DNA of 64,000 bases, from IMG/VR virus record IMGVR_UViG_3300021963_006415, positions 28,632 to 92,631 of that record. One strand, given 5' to 3'. This document shows positions 10,112 to 20,247 of this stretch, in pieces. Numbering within the stretch: the first letter of the stretch is position 1; every line of letters starts with the position of its first letter. The notes beneath the pieces are model-generated. The model saw only the letters and a list, made by a program, of their open reading frames with translations, was not told the DNA's origin and made no database searches. The DNA is from a virus. The translations under genes were made by a program, and so were the position numbers.

Positions 10112-10968
10112 TACAAACTTATAATTTTTTTACTTAAATGATTCCAATTTTTATAATTTTCATAATTTGGAGTTGAACACATTTCAAACATATAATCCTT
10201 ATTAGAAACATCTACTATGAATCTATTATCTTTAAGAGCATCATACATTTTTTTATATTCATCCGAATATGAATATTCACTATTAATATCTGCTACGGCT
10301 TTTAACCTTCTTCTTACTGTTGAATCCCATTTAAAGTGGTGAACTTGAGTAAAGTTTTTTTCTATTGGATATCTAAATGGGTGATTCCATCCTTTCCATT
10401 TCCAAGTTGTTTCATTATCTATAATCGCATAATGTTGACCATTTGAAACCTCTACATTTCCTTTACATAAGGTAACTTTATTTGGACAAGCTCCACTCAT
10501 TGGGTGTCTAAAAAATCCAGCCATTGGAAATTCTTTCCAAAGATTAGTATCATCATCTATTGATGGAAAATCACCATCTATACCAATTCTATCTATAAAT
10601 CCACCTGTTACAAATCTCCAACCATTTATTTCACAATCATCTATTATTTCTGAAATGGGTTTTGAATATAATTGTAATTCATCATCATCAGCCACAATCC
10701 ACCAATCATCTGGAAAAAGCAACTTTGTTTCATTGTATAGCTTTGTAACCATTTCCCAATCAAATGGTTTATGTGTTTTTACTTTATGAATTTCTAATCC
10801 AAAATCAGAGCATATTTCTGCTATCTCAAATTCTATTTTCTTATTTGTTTCGGAGTTTTCATATACAACAACAAATATATCGCTCACTATATCTTTATAG
10901 TGATTTAATTGATGCCGTAATGTATTGGTACGATGGCCCGTAACTGTTACCAATTTTGGTTTAATCAT
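10111..10968 (-). CDS. GT-A fold glycosyltransferase (GT2-like)
   Basis: WWIVADDDE (DxD) motif, HHFKW. Confidence 0.6.
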   Translation of the reverse strand: MIKPKLVTVTGHRTNTLRHQLNHYKDIVSDIFVVVYENSETNKKIEFEIAEICSDFGLEIHKVKTHKPFDWEMVTKLYNETKLLFPDDWWIVADDDELQLYSKPISEIIDDCEINGWRFVTGGFIDRIGIDGDFPSIDDDTNLWKEFPMAGFFRHPMSGACPNKVTLCKGNVEVSNGQHYAIIDNETTWKWKGWNHPFRYPIEKNFTQVHHFKWDSTVRRRLKAVADINSEYSYSDEYKKMYDALKDNRFIVDVSNKDYMFEMCSTPNYENYKNWNHLSKKIISL

Positions 10969-10991
10969 AACTTATTATATATGTATATATA

Positions 10992-11750
10992 TTACTTTTT
11001 ACTTAATATTGCTAAACCCGTACTTGTTGCTTTGGATGTAAAAGTACGAAAATTTTTTAAATTTACCAAATTCCATTCACTATTATTTTCCAATTCTTTA
11101 ATAAATTTTGCGGGTCCATCAAATGGAACAAAATCTTTTTTAGCTTCTTCGGCTATAATTAATGTATCTTGATATTTTTGGTCTGTATCGTGTATTGTTA
11201 TAATACCATTTTCTGACATTATGGTTGAATATAATTCAAAATCTTTTTTTACACCTTCATAAGAGTGGTCACCATCAATATGTAAGTAATCAATTTTAAT
11301 ATCTTGTCTTACAAAATAATCATAAAATGCTCTTTCAGATGTTTCTAAAATAACTTGTGGTTGAAAATGCTGTCTTAAAAAAGAATTGGTATCTGTCCAA
11401 TCGGTATATCCCCCCACTCCATTTGAAGCATCTACTATAATTGTAGTTCCTATATCACCCCATTCATTTGTATTTTTCCCTTCAAAAATACCTTGCTCCC
11501 ATAAATCATATCGTGATTGTGTCATAAGACGTGGTATAAACCCACCGCCAGTTCCAATACATACGCATATTTTTGCTCTAATAAATTGGATAAAAGAATA
11601 TATTAGAATACCATCTCCTAAATGTAAATCAGTTGCACCATGTGTCCATCTATATGAAACAGGATTTCTTATTATAATGCCATCGGTATTTATATAATGA
11701 TTATTTGTTAAATAATCTTTTACTCTATTTAAATTGATAAGGCTTTGCAT
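10992..11750 (-). CDS. Class I SAM-dependent methyltransferase (Methyltransf_24-like)
   Basis: IGTGGG, IDYLHIDGDHSYEGVKKDF, GIITIHD. Confidence 0.85.
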   Translation of the reverse strand: MQSLINLNRVKDYLTNNHYINTDGIIIRNPVSYRWTHGATDLHLGDGILIYSFIQFIRAKICVCIGTGGGFIPRLMTQSRYDLWEQGIFEGKNTNEWGDIGTTIIVDASNGVGGYTDWTDTNSFLRQHFQPQVILETSERAFYDYFVRQDIKIDYLHIDGDHSYEGVKKDFELYSTIMSENGIITIHDTDQKYQDTLIIAEEAKKDFVPFDGPAKFIKELENNSEWNLVNLKNFRTFTSKATSTGLAILSKK

Positions 11751-12718
11751 ATTTCTTTAATCCATTTTTGTTTATTACTATAATCACTTAATCCATTTCT
11801 TAATTTAGAAAATTCTGAATTTATTGTTTCAAAATCATCTTCTAATATTTTTAAATATATGTGATTAAATTCTTGCTTTGTGTTTGCTCTGTATTTGTAA
11901 TCAATATGCTTCATCCAATCGGTGTGTATTATTGGAACTTTACCATTATCAATTGCATCAAATATTGCATACCCAAATGGTTCTTTTGTATAACATCCGT
12001 GAAATATCTGAAAATTTCCATCAAAAAATTTCTGATGAAATTGGTAATCAAATTCTATGAATCTATGATAATGAGAATTTATTTTACTACCTTCTAACAT
12101 TCTTTTATAATCATATTTGTTAGAAAATATAATTGAAGGAATATTATCCAAATAATGTGCATTTTTTCTTGTCTCACATCTTGCAGCGTAACCAATTTTA
12201 TTGCTGATAATTCCTACAAATGGTTTGTTATTTTTCCATTCATAGTAATTTGCTATGTTAATAACGTGTGGATAACTTTGATGTATATTATCATTTTCGT
12301 ATCCTATCCAAACTATATTATTTGAATTATCTAATATTTGTTTTTGCCATTCCCAATCTATTTTAGTCATTAGATTTTCATATTCATCATTCAACCCCAA
12401 CATATCAGGAATGAAAGCATGAACAAATGTTGTGTGAGTTTTGTGTAGATATTTTTTGATTATGGGATTTGGCTTATAAGAATGATGTAAAAATACTATT
12501 TTATCACATGAATCTAATAAAGCATCTACTTTTCCATCATTTTCGTGAGTATATAACTTATAAAAGTTTTCTTTATTATTTACTAATGGTCTACCATCTA
12601 TTAATAATACAAATTGCTCTTTTATTAAAGGGAAAATGTTTTCTATAAAGTTATTACACCATATATCCGAACCACCTACAACATTTTTTCCGTAACCTGT
12701 TGTTATGAATACTATCAT
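11729..12718 (-). CDS. GT-B fold glycosyltransferase (GT4-like)
   Basis: N-terminal GGSD, RKN, EPFGYAIFDAIDNGKVPI. Confidence 0.7.
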   Translation of the reverse strand: MIVFITTGYGKNVVGGSDIWCNNFIENIFPLIKEQFVLLIDGRPLVNNKENFYKLYTHENDGKVDALLDSCDKIVFLHHSYKPNPIIKKYLHKTHTTFVHAFIPDMLGLNDEYENLMTKIDWEWQKQILDNSNNIVWIGYENDNIHQSYPHVINIANYYEWKNNKPFVGIISNKIGYAARCETRKNAHYLDNIPSIIFSNKYDYKRMLEGSKINSHYHRFIEFDYQFHQKFFDGNFQIFHGCYTKEPFGYAIFDAIDNGKVPIIHTDWMKHIDYKYRANTKQEFNHIYLKILEDDFETINSEFSKLRNGLSDYSNKQKWIKEICKALSI

Positions 12719-13434
12719 AAAGTTTTAAAATAAATGTTTTTTTCTATTATAGATTCAACATATGTATTAATATTTGAATCGTTTCTACCAAAGCAAACCT
12801 TTGGATGAAAATTTTCTATATAGTTTTCTAAAGTGCAATTTGACCAAATTTGTATTGCAAATTCTTCAATTAAAGTTTTTAAATTTTGATTTTTTGCAAT
12901 TTGTAATAATTCAGTAGCTATGTTAGGATTTGATATGTAAATAAATCCAGCATTTGGTATTATATACGTTTCATCTTTTGACCAAGAGTATTTTTTTATT
13001 AAGTGTGATATATTATAATCAAATGATTCAACATCTTTATTAGAAGATTGTAATTCATTTATAGTATATTCATATATTGGTGCTAAAAATATCTTTGTAT
13101 TAAAATAGTTGAAAAAATCATCATCTAAATTTTTATATAAATTATAATCCCAATCTAAAAAAAGTATTTTTGAAAAGTTTTTAGATGCTTTTTCTATTGC
13201 AATTAATTTATGAATGAATTCATATAAAAATGATGTATATTTAAAATTTAATTTATTTCTATCGCATAGGATAGTAGTATATCCCATCGAATCCAATTGT
13301 AATTTATTTTCAATACCCCATACATATACAATTTCATTATATTGTGGTGTATTTGGAATTAATGATAAATCCATATCTCCCCAAACTGCTCTAACAAATT
13401 TAATATCTCTCGTATTTTGCGGTGTTGTAATCAT
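12715..13434 (-). CDS. Putative nucleotide-diphospho-sugar transferase-like protein
   Basis: KLIAI...ILFLDWD (DxD)...PNAGFIY...IEE. Confidence 0.5.
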   Translation of the reverse strand: MITTPQNTRDIKFVRAVWGDMDLSLIPNTPQYNEIVYVWGIENKLQLDSMGYTTILCDRNKLNFKYTSFLYEFIHKLIAIEKASKNFSKILFLDWDYNLYKNLDDDFFNYFNTKIFLAPIYEYTINELQSSNKDVESFDYNISHLIKKYSWSKDETYIIPNAGFIYISNPNIATELLQIAKNQNLKTLIEEFAIQIWSNCTLENYIENFHPKVCFGRNDSNINTYVESIIEKNIYFKTL

Positions 13435-13435
13435 A

Positions 13436-16400
13436 TTATTGATTTTCTAATTCTAAAATTCTTTCCTCTAATTGTTCTATTTTTATAAGTAATTCTTTTA
13501 TAGCAGCTGTATTTAATGCTATTATTGCATTGTAATCTAATGATAATACATCGCTTAAATTATTTATATTTCCTACATTTTTTATTAAAAATGGAAATTC
13601 ATTTTGTACTTCTTGTGCTATGAATCCATATGAATCTCCCTTATCTGTCAATGGTGCAGTTATATCATTCCACAAAAATGATTTTGGATTTAACTTTTCA
13701 ATTTTTACTAATGGAGATTCCAAATCTCTTATATTAGTTTTTAATCTTTCATCCGAAGATGATAGAACGGCAGATGTATATAAAGCTCCATTTATTCTAA
13801 CATCTCCCAAAAATGCAGCACTATATGCAGTTCCACCTACTGTTGCAACCGGTCCGATTTGAGCAAAACCACCGGCTGATGATACAATCATACCATTTAC
13901 ACCAATAGAAGTTTTTTCTTCTGCTGATGTTATATCAATTGTAGGAGAACCTCCGGTGATACCAGTCCAAGCAAATTGACCAGAAAGTGTTACTGAACCA
14001 AATGTGAAAGCAATATATTGAGATGATATTGTTCTCGAAATATCTACAACAGCATAATAAGTTCCACCCGATGTTAATCCTGAAAATGGTACTGCTGCCG
14101 TTCCTGCTGTTATAGCTGGGTGGGTGTATGGTGATGTTGCGGATGATAAATAATCACGTTGAGAGAAAACCGTAACTGTTTTTGATGTAACATAAGAACC
14201 TCCCGATGTATATATTGTTACGGTAACTGTTTGTAGGGTAAGATTCTGAACACTTCTAAAATTTGCTAAAGTTTGATTCCATTGTGATTGACCTGGTACC
14301 GCAGTTCCCGTATATGGTACATTTACAATAATCGCAGTACCTCCTATTGTGAAGTTTCCAGTTGTGGCTGATGTACCAAAAGTATTACCTACAGTTTGTT
14401 GATAGTTAAAGCTACTAAATAGTGGATTTGCACTTGTATCGGTAGTACTTGGAAATGTCGCTGATGTAGATGTGCTATTTGTTGATAAACTATCTTTTGT
14501 AATTTTAATTTTTTCAACACCACCACTTGATAATGTTATGTTACCATCGTTATACAATATAGTTTGACTATTATTGGATGAAAGGGTTGTAGAACCAATC
14601 GTCCAACCACCAATAGTTCCCGATGTTGATTTTAAAACACCCGTTGGAGTTACACTAAATGGTGCGTTAGCAAATGTTATATTTCCTAAAGAAATTCCGC
14701 TTGAATTAGCTATAAAAATACTAGTAGTTCCACTACCAATAGAAATAGTTCCACCATTAAACGTTGAAGCATTCATAGTTCCGGTGATGGATAATGCACT
14801 TCCATTGAAAGTTAATTTATCTCCCAATGAAAATACATCGGTAGAACCGGATGCAAAATAAAATGGGGTATCGGTATTATTATAATTTCCTGTACCTACA
14901 AATATTTTTTTATTAGTACCATCCAATGTAATACCACCACTACCAACTTTAAATACAGAAGAAATATATCCAGCATTACCAGCTATAATTGGCGATGAAA
15001 TTGATGTTGATGTTATAAACGTACCACTACCACCAACCCAACCACCATTTGCTAATAGGTTTACGGAAGCACTTGCAACGGCTAAAGCGTTTGAATTTGC
15101 AGTAGCAATAGCTGCTGCTTGTGCGGCACTAGCTGCATTTGAACCAGAAGTAACGGCATTATTTGCGGCAGTTTGAGCAAATAGTTGGGCTGCAGATGCT
15201 GATGCCGCAGCATTATTTGCGGCTGTTTGCCCAGCTAATGTAGCTGCTGTTTGAGCTGCTGATGCTGAAATAGAACCCGATAAAGCTGCGTTTGAAGCGT
15301 ATAGTGAGCCAGATGATACTGCGTTTGAGCCAACAGTATTTGCATATGTTTGTGTTGCCGCATCTCCACCTGTAACACTAATAGAACCTTTTATTTCTAA
15401 ATTAGTTCCTGTCCATTTTATATATGAAGTACTTCCATTTACAATACTAAATTTAGAAAGATTACTATCTCTACCCAAAAATATACCATCATTTGCATAT
15501 CCTTGCGTTGTTTGGCCAACCGATAAATATGGATTTGTAGTGCCACCGGCAAGTGTGATATTTGCGGATGAAACTCCACCACTATTATTAGTACCAATAT
15601 TTAATGTACTTTGAACAAATGAATCTTCAAATAAACCTATTTTTGCTGCAACAAAGAAATCTTGTGTACCTAAGTTTTCCCAACCCGTTTGTGCAGTTTG
15701 GTTTGGTGAGCCATCGGCTACGTTTCCTGTTGTGGATGTATGTTGTCTAATTGCTGCATAATAGTTTTCATATGGTGCTACACCCGTTGGACTCCAAAGA
15801 ACCACATCTCTGCGGCCTGTTCCTGCGCCCGTACTAAATTGGTAAGCTCTGTTAGCTTCCCAAACTCCTGTGAATACAACACCCGGACCTGTTTGACCAT
15901 CTAATGTAACCGATACCGTATGTGTTTGAGAAACAGTTGCCGATGTACCGGCTGCATTTACATACACTACATTGAAAGTCACAATTGTTCCAGCGGTTGT
16001 TGTTGGTGTTGTTGGTGTTATTGTTGCACCACTATTAGTACCACCTGATAACGATGTTATTCTAAATGTTGAATTTGCGTATGGCGATGAATCATCGTAT
16101 GTGTATGTAGTACCTCCCTCAATTACACTAACAACAAATGAACCAGGCGTTCCATATGTTCCCGTATTACTTCTCGTTACAATTTGTGATGCAGGATTTA
16201 AGTTTATTACAACCCCACTTTCACCTTGCTTTATTTTTGAAGCTCGTATTGTTATGGTTTGTGTTTGACCCGTTGTACCTTCACTATCCGTATGCGTTAC
16301 AGTCAATGTTACCGATGCTTCATCTGCATTCATTACCGCCGATGTCATTGTAAGTGTATTACTACTTACAATTGGAGCGATTGAAAAGCCAGATGAAGAA

Positions 16401-19400
16401 GCAATAGCCATAGATGTAAATCTATTAGTTGTACCTTCTAAAGCCGTTATTGTAACGTTAGTAAGTGTGCCGGTTTGTGTACCAGCTGCATTTGCTGCAA
16501 CAGTTTGTGATTGTGGAGTTGCTGAAATCGTAACGCTTGGTACTGCTTTTTTAACTTTAGTTAAAGATATTGTATCACTTAAAGTTCTACTTTGTCCTTC
16601 CGAATCCGTAACTGATGCGGTAATTGCTACACTAGCAGCATTTGTTCCATTTGCTAAAGTTCTTCCTGCTAAAGTTACTAAACCTGTTGAATTATTTGTA
16701 ACAATGTTTGCTAAATCAGAGCTACTACCACTCAATAGTATTAATCCTAAATTTGATGTAGAACCATTGTACGTTTCTGCGATAGTTACAACCGCATTTG
16801 CAAAAGAATCAATTTGTTCGCCAGTTGATTTTGCTGAAACAGATTGTGCTTTATTTGTTGTTGATAACGTTAAAGATGGTGCTGCTGCTTTTGCCTTTGA
16901 ATACGTTACAACTTTTGTTATATCAGTTGAAGTTCCTCTACCATCTTTATATCTAACAACTAAACTTAAAGAACCACTATCAGCTGTTAATGATGTAATT
17001 CCATAAGTTGCGTCATCCGGCGTTGTATCATTTGGAGTACAATTTGTACCTGTTGCCGAAATTATATCAAATCTATTATTTGTTGATAATCCTTCTTCTC
17101 TTGTAATATCTTCACCACCTACTTTTACACTCACCGAACCACTTGTTGCAACGAATGAACCACTTGCTACCCAACCCGTAGAACGTGCTGGCAAAGTTGC
17201 GTTTTCGTTTGTTAAATTTACTGATATTTGAGATTCAGCAATAACCGATGATAGTGTAACTTCGTCATTATATGCGGTGCCATTTAAATCATATGCTGTA
17301 AATGTATATGTTTGTACGCCGGTACTATATTGGTAATTTGAGGATTGCCCAGCTGAAATTGTATAAGATGTAACACCATTTCCTTCATAGTTTGGTGCTG
17401 ATAAAGCAGGAACTCCACTACCGCTTGTTACAGTTATAGTATTTGTTAAACTTCCTAAGTTTAATCTTTTTGCTAATATTGTTATGGTTTGTGAAGATGG
17501 GATAGGCGATAAATCAGTCATTTTATAAAAAAACTGATTTGCATCCGATGTTGCTATTAATCCTTTACCCTTATCACCTTTTAATACTGCATCAATTGTT
17601 ACCGATGAAGTAAAATCTCCATCAACAGTATCATATTTAAAATCATAATGGGATTGTCCAAAATCATAAACATATCCACTTCCCGAAATTGGTGTTGCAC
17701 TATATGGATGTGTAGATGAAGTTACAAATAATCTATAAACAGTCGCATTTCCAATACTTTCTATTTCATGTAATGGTGGTGGTGTTCCAACTTCAGAGCC
17801 TGATGTGATATTAAATCCCTCATCTTCATATGATGGTAAATTTTGTCTTACCAAACGAATATCAATATAATCATCGACTATATCCGATTTGTATCTATCA
17901 TCCGGGTCAAATACAAAGCTATTTTTATCTGCCGTAGCATAAAATAATCTTGCAGGTGCACCTTGGTCTATTCTAAAAATTGTAAAGTATCTATTAACAT
18001 CTTCGCAACTGGCAGTATATGTAATTGCTCCAACAGTTACCCCTAAAGCAGAAGAACCTGTAAAGTTTGCTAAAGATAATGTTCTTGTATCAACATCGAC
18101 ATAATCTAATGTTCCGGGCTGCGGTGTTACTGTAATCAAATTTCCATTTACATCAACTGATTGTGATTGGAATGTAACAGAGCCAGTTAAACCTGTTTTT
18201 GTAAAATCAATTGTTACGAATTGTGGAAAAACAGATGCTGTTGAAAAGTTAAATGAATTATTAGAAACGTTTAATTGCAAATCTCTTCTAACATCAACAT
18301 CATTACCACCACTAAAAGTAAATTCTTCTTCTAATAAAACGGGAACGTAATTGTTATTTATATCGTATAACTCAAATTTAAAATCAAATGTTTCATTATT
18401 GATTTTAACAGGCACATTTACAGTCAATGTAATTTCATTTGGAGAAAAAGATGATTCTTGTGCCGCTCTTAAACTTATATCACTAATATGCCATACACCA
18501 CCCTTTACAACATATACTAAATTACCAACACCATCCGAATCTGGTTTAAAGTTTATTTGTTGTTTATCGTATTTTCTAAATTGAGTATTTGTTGTTAAAT
18601 CTCCAATTTTTTTTCCGTAGTTTGTTTCTAATGATGTTGGAGTAAACGCAGAACCACTCATATAAATTTCAATACCACCAAATGTATCAGCTGCCGCAGA
18701 TAATAGTGGTGTAAAATCCAATTGATATTCTGTATTCTTTGTGAAGTTTATTGATTCTTTATTATAGAACTTAAATAATCCAACCGATGAACTATAATCA
18801 CTTTGTGGTGTTAATAAAACCGATTTTAAAAGAGTTGTATTATCAACACTAAGATTTACGCCGGTTTCTATTGCCGATGATGTCCAAAATGATGATAATA
18901 TAGCGTTGGTAAATAAACCGGTTCTAACATTTAGTTGATTTGCAAAAGATGATGTTAATAATAACTCATTACTTTCTAATTGAACATCTTCTAATAATTG
19001 AAAATCTCCTAAATCATTTTTAGAACTCGCATAAACTTTGATTCGGTTTACATCACCACTAAATGTTTCTAAATCGGTAATATTAATTGTAGCAAATGAT
19101 GAATTGATTGCTGAATCGGTTAATGTAACAGTTGCATCATATGACATTGTATATGATGCCGATGTAAATGCGGTAACCGAATAATAATTTGGTAAAGATG
19201 AGCCTGTTATATAATATGGAACATCAACAAACGCTTTTTTGTTTGTTGTAACATCGGTTATAATTGGGGAGTATGATTTAGCTAATCCGTTTATTTGAAT
19301 GGTTTCTCTTTCCATTGATTCGGAAAATTGAGATAATCCATTTAAAGATAGTTCGTATCGTGATACTCCTTTGAACGTTCTATAATCTTCCCCCGCTGAT

Positions 19401-19969
19401 GGTAATGTTGGTGTACCATTTACTGAACCAGATATTGTTAATCTACTTACGTTTCTATTGTAGATTGGAAGTATTGATTCGCTTATATCGATTTTAGGTC
19501 TACGATAAAATCTTATTTTAGATGTATTTGCTAATATTGGGTTTACATTTATTTGCTTTTCCCATTTAACATTATATGTATCTTTCCAATTTTCAGGAAC
19601 AGGTATTGTAACTCCATTAAAATTATACTCACTTAATTCTCCTAATATTGTTATAGTGCAAGGACCAAAAGCAGTATCGGGGTATATGTAAACAGCAACA
19701 ACTTTAGAAGTTCCTTCAAAATATTCAGGAATACCTTCGCCTGGTTCGTGATAAACTATTTTACCTTGCGAATCTCTGATTTGAATTTTTACAATTGTAT
19801 CAGAAACCAATTCAGGAGAACCTTGAATAAGGAATGCGTTTTTACCTCCCGTAAAAGTATCGGGTAATTCTGTTATTTTAAAATATTTACTATTAGGGTC
19901 AGTATCGTTTACTAAAACATTAATTGTTTCTAAACTCTCATCAAAAAGGGTTTTCTTTAAAATTGCCAT
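13436..19969 (-). CDS. Large tail fibre/spike with C-terminal peptidase S74 intramolecular chaperone
   Basis: 2177 aa, S/T/G-rich beta repeats, Ala-rich coil, GGWTIG, C-terminal SSDERLKTNI...YGFIAQEV...LDYNAII and a coiled coil. Confidence 0.85.
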   Translation of the reverse strand: MAILKKTLFDESLETINVLVNDTDPNSKYFKITELPDTFTGGKNAFLIQGSPELVSDTIVKIQIRDSQGKIVYHEPGEGIPEYFEGTSKVVAVYIYPDTAFGPCTITILGELSEYNFNGVTIPVPENWKDTYNVKWEKQINVNPILANTSKIRFYRRPKIDISESILPIYNRNVSRLTISGSVNGTPTLPSAGEDYRTFKGVSRYELSLNGLSQFSESMERETIQINGLAKSYSPIITDVTTNKKAFVDVPYYITGSSLPNYYSVTAFTSASYTMSYDATVTLTDSAINSSFATINITDLETFSGDVNRIKVYASSKNDLGDFQLLEDVQLESNELLLTSSFANQLNVRTGLFTNAILSSFWTSSAIETGVNLSVDNTTLLKSVLLTPQSDYSSSVGLFKFYNKESINFTKNTEYQLDFTPLLSAAADTFGGIEIYMSGSAFTPTSLETNYGKKIGDLTTNTQFRKYDKQQINFKPDSDGVGNLVYVVKGGVWHISDISLRAAQESSFSPNEITLTVNVPVKINNETFDFKFELYDINNNYVPVLLEEEFTFSGGNDVDVRRDLQLNVSNNSFNFSTASVFPQFVTIDFTKTGLTGSVTFQSQSVDVNGNLITVTPQPGTLDYVDVDTRTLSLANFTGSSALGVTVGAITYTASCEDVNRYFTIFRIDQGAPARLFYATADKNSFVFDPDDRYKSDIVDDYIDIRLVRQNLPSYEDEGFNITSGSEVGTPPPLHEIESIGNATVYRLFVTSSTHPYSATPISGSGYVYDFGQSHYDFKYDTVDGDFTSSVTIDAVLKGDKGKGLIATSDANQFFYKMTDLSPIPSSQTITILAKRLNLGSLTNTITVTSGSGVPALSAPNYEGNGVTSYTISAGQSSNYQYSTGVQTYTFTAYDLNGTAYNDEVTLSSVIAESQISVNLTNENATLPARSTGWVASGSFVATSGSVSVKVGGEDITREEGLSTNNRFDIISATGTNCTPNDTTPDDATYGITSLTADSGSLSLVVRYKDGRGTSTDITKVVTYSKAKAAAPSLTLSTTNKAQSVSAKSTGEQIDSFANAVVTIAETYNGSTSNLGLILLSGSSSDLANIVTNNSTGLVTLAGRTLANGTNAASVAITASVTDSEGQSRTLSDTISLTKVKKAVPSVTISATPQSQTVAANAAGTQTGTLTNVTITALEGTTNRFTSMAIASSSGFSIAPIVSSNTLTMTSAVMNADEASVTLTVTHTDSEGTTGQTQTITIRASKIKQGESGVVINLNPASQIVTRSNTGTYGTPGSFVVSVIEGGTTYTYDDSSPYANSTFRITSLSGGTNSGATITPTTPTTTAGTIVTFNVVYVNAAGTSATVSQTHTVSVTLDGQTGPGVVFTGVWEANRAYQFSTGAGTGRRDVVLWSPTGVAPYENYYAAIRQHTSTTGNVADGSPNQTAQTGWENLGTQDFFVAAKIGLFEDSFVQSTLNIGTNNSGGVSSANITLAGGTTNPYLSVGQTTQGYANDGIFLGRDSNLSKFSIVNGSTSYIKWTGTNLEIKGSISVTGGDAATQTYANTVGSNAVSSGSLYASNAALSGSISASAAQTAATLAGQTAANNAAASASAAQLFAQTAANNAVTSGSNAASAAQAAAIATANSNALAVASASVNLLANGGWVGGSGTFITSTSISSPIIAGNAGYISSVFKVGSGGITLDGTNKKIFVGTGNYNNTDTPFYFASGSTDVFSLGDKLTFNGSALSITGTMNASTFNGGTISIGSGTTSIFIANSSGISLGNITFANAPFSVTPTGVLKSTSGTIGGWTIGSTTLSSNNSQTILYNDGNITLSSGGVEKIKITKDSLSTNSTSTSATFPSTTDTSANPLFSSFNYQQTVGNTFGTSATTGNFTIGGTAIIVNVPYTGTAVPGQSQWNQTLANFRSVQNLTLQTVTVTIYTSGGSYVTSKTVTVFSQRDYLSSATSPYTHPAITAGTAAVPFSGLTSGGTYYAVVDISRTISSQYIAFTFGSVTLSGQFAWTGITGGSPTIDITSAEEKTSIGVNGMIVSSAGGFAQIGPVATVGGTAYSAAFLGDVRINGALYTSAVLSSSDERLKTNIRDLESPLVKIEKLNPKSFLWNDITAPLTDKGDSYGFIAQEVQNEFPFLIKNVGNINNLSDVLSLDYNAIIALNTAAIKELLIKIEQLEERILELENQ

Positions 19970-19991
19970 TGTATCTTTTTGGGGTTACAAA

Positions 19992-20000
19992 GATAAATAT
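19992..20000 (-). promoter_or_regulatory. Putative phage late-promoter motif (ATATTTATC)
   Basis: Variant of the recurring ATATTTATA motif, about 22 nt upstream of the tail fibre ATG. Confidence 0.55.
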
Positions 20001-20021
20001 TTCAAAAAAAATATTATCTTC

Positions 20022-20030
20022 ATATTTATA
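20022..20030 (+). promoter_or_regulatory. ATATTTATA motif upstream of the plus-strand RHH gene
   Basis: The same motif in + orientation ahead of the only + strand gene, forming a divergent pair. Confidence 0.55.
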
Positions 20031-20067
20031 TAAAGAAAACTAATAAAAACTAAAGAAATATAAAGTT

Positions 20068-20247
20068 ATGAAATACGCAATGTTACAAATAAAAAAAGAA
20101 ACCCACGAACTTCTCAAACAATATTGTGAAGAACATGGGTTTAAGATGGGAAGTTTAGTTGAAAATTTAATTAAGAAACACGTTGGTGTTACTAAACCTC
20201 AAGCGAGTGTGTTAAGAGCTGATAAGGTTAAAAATCAATCTTACTAA
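20068..20247 (+). CDS. Small ribbon-helix-helix-type DNA-binding protein (59 aa)
   Basis: Manual translation MKYAMLQIKKETHELLKQYCEEHGFKMGSLVENLIKKH..., a beta-strand/helix-G-helix pattern; shorter than any ORF in the track. Confidence 0.65.
   Translation: MKYAMLQIKKETHELLKQYCEEHGFKMGSLVENLIKKHVGVTKPQASVLRADKVKNQSY

Noticed and set aside
10975-10992. Alternating TATATATGTATATATA near-palindrome
   Set aside because: It is expected at this AT content and has no supporting context.
15060-15350. Ala/Ser/Asn quasi-repeats (QTAANNA) in the tail fibre as a repeat element
   Set aside because: This is an ordinary coiled-coil stalk of a fibre protein; the nucleotide repeats are degenerate.
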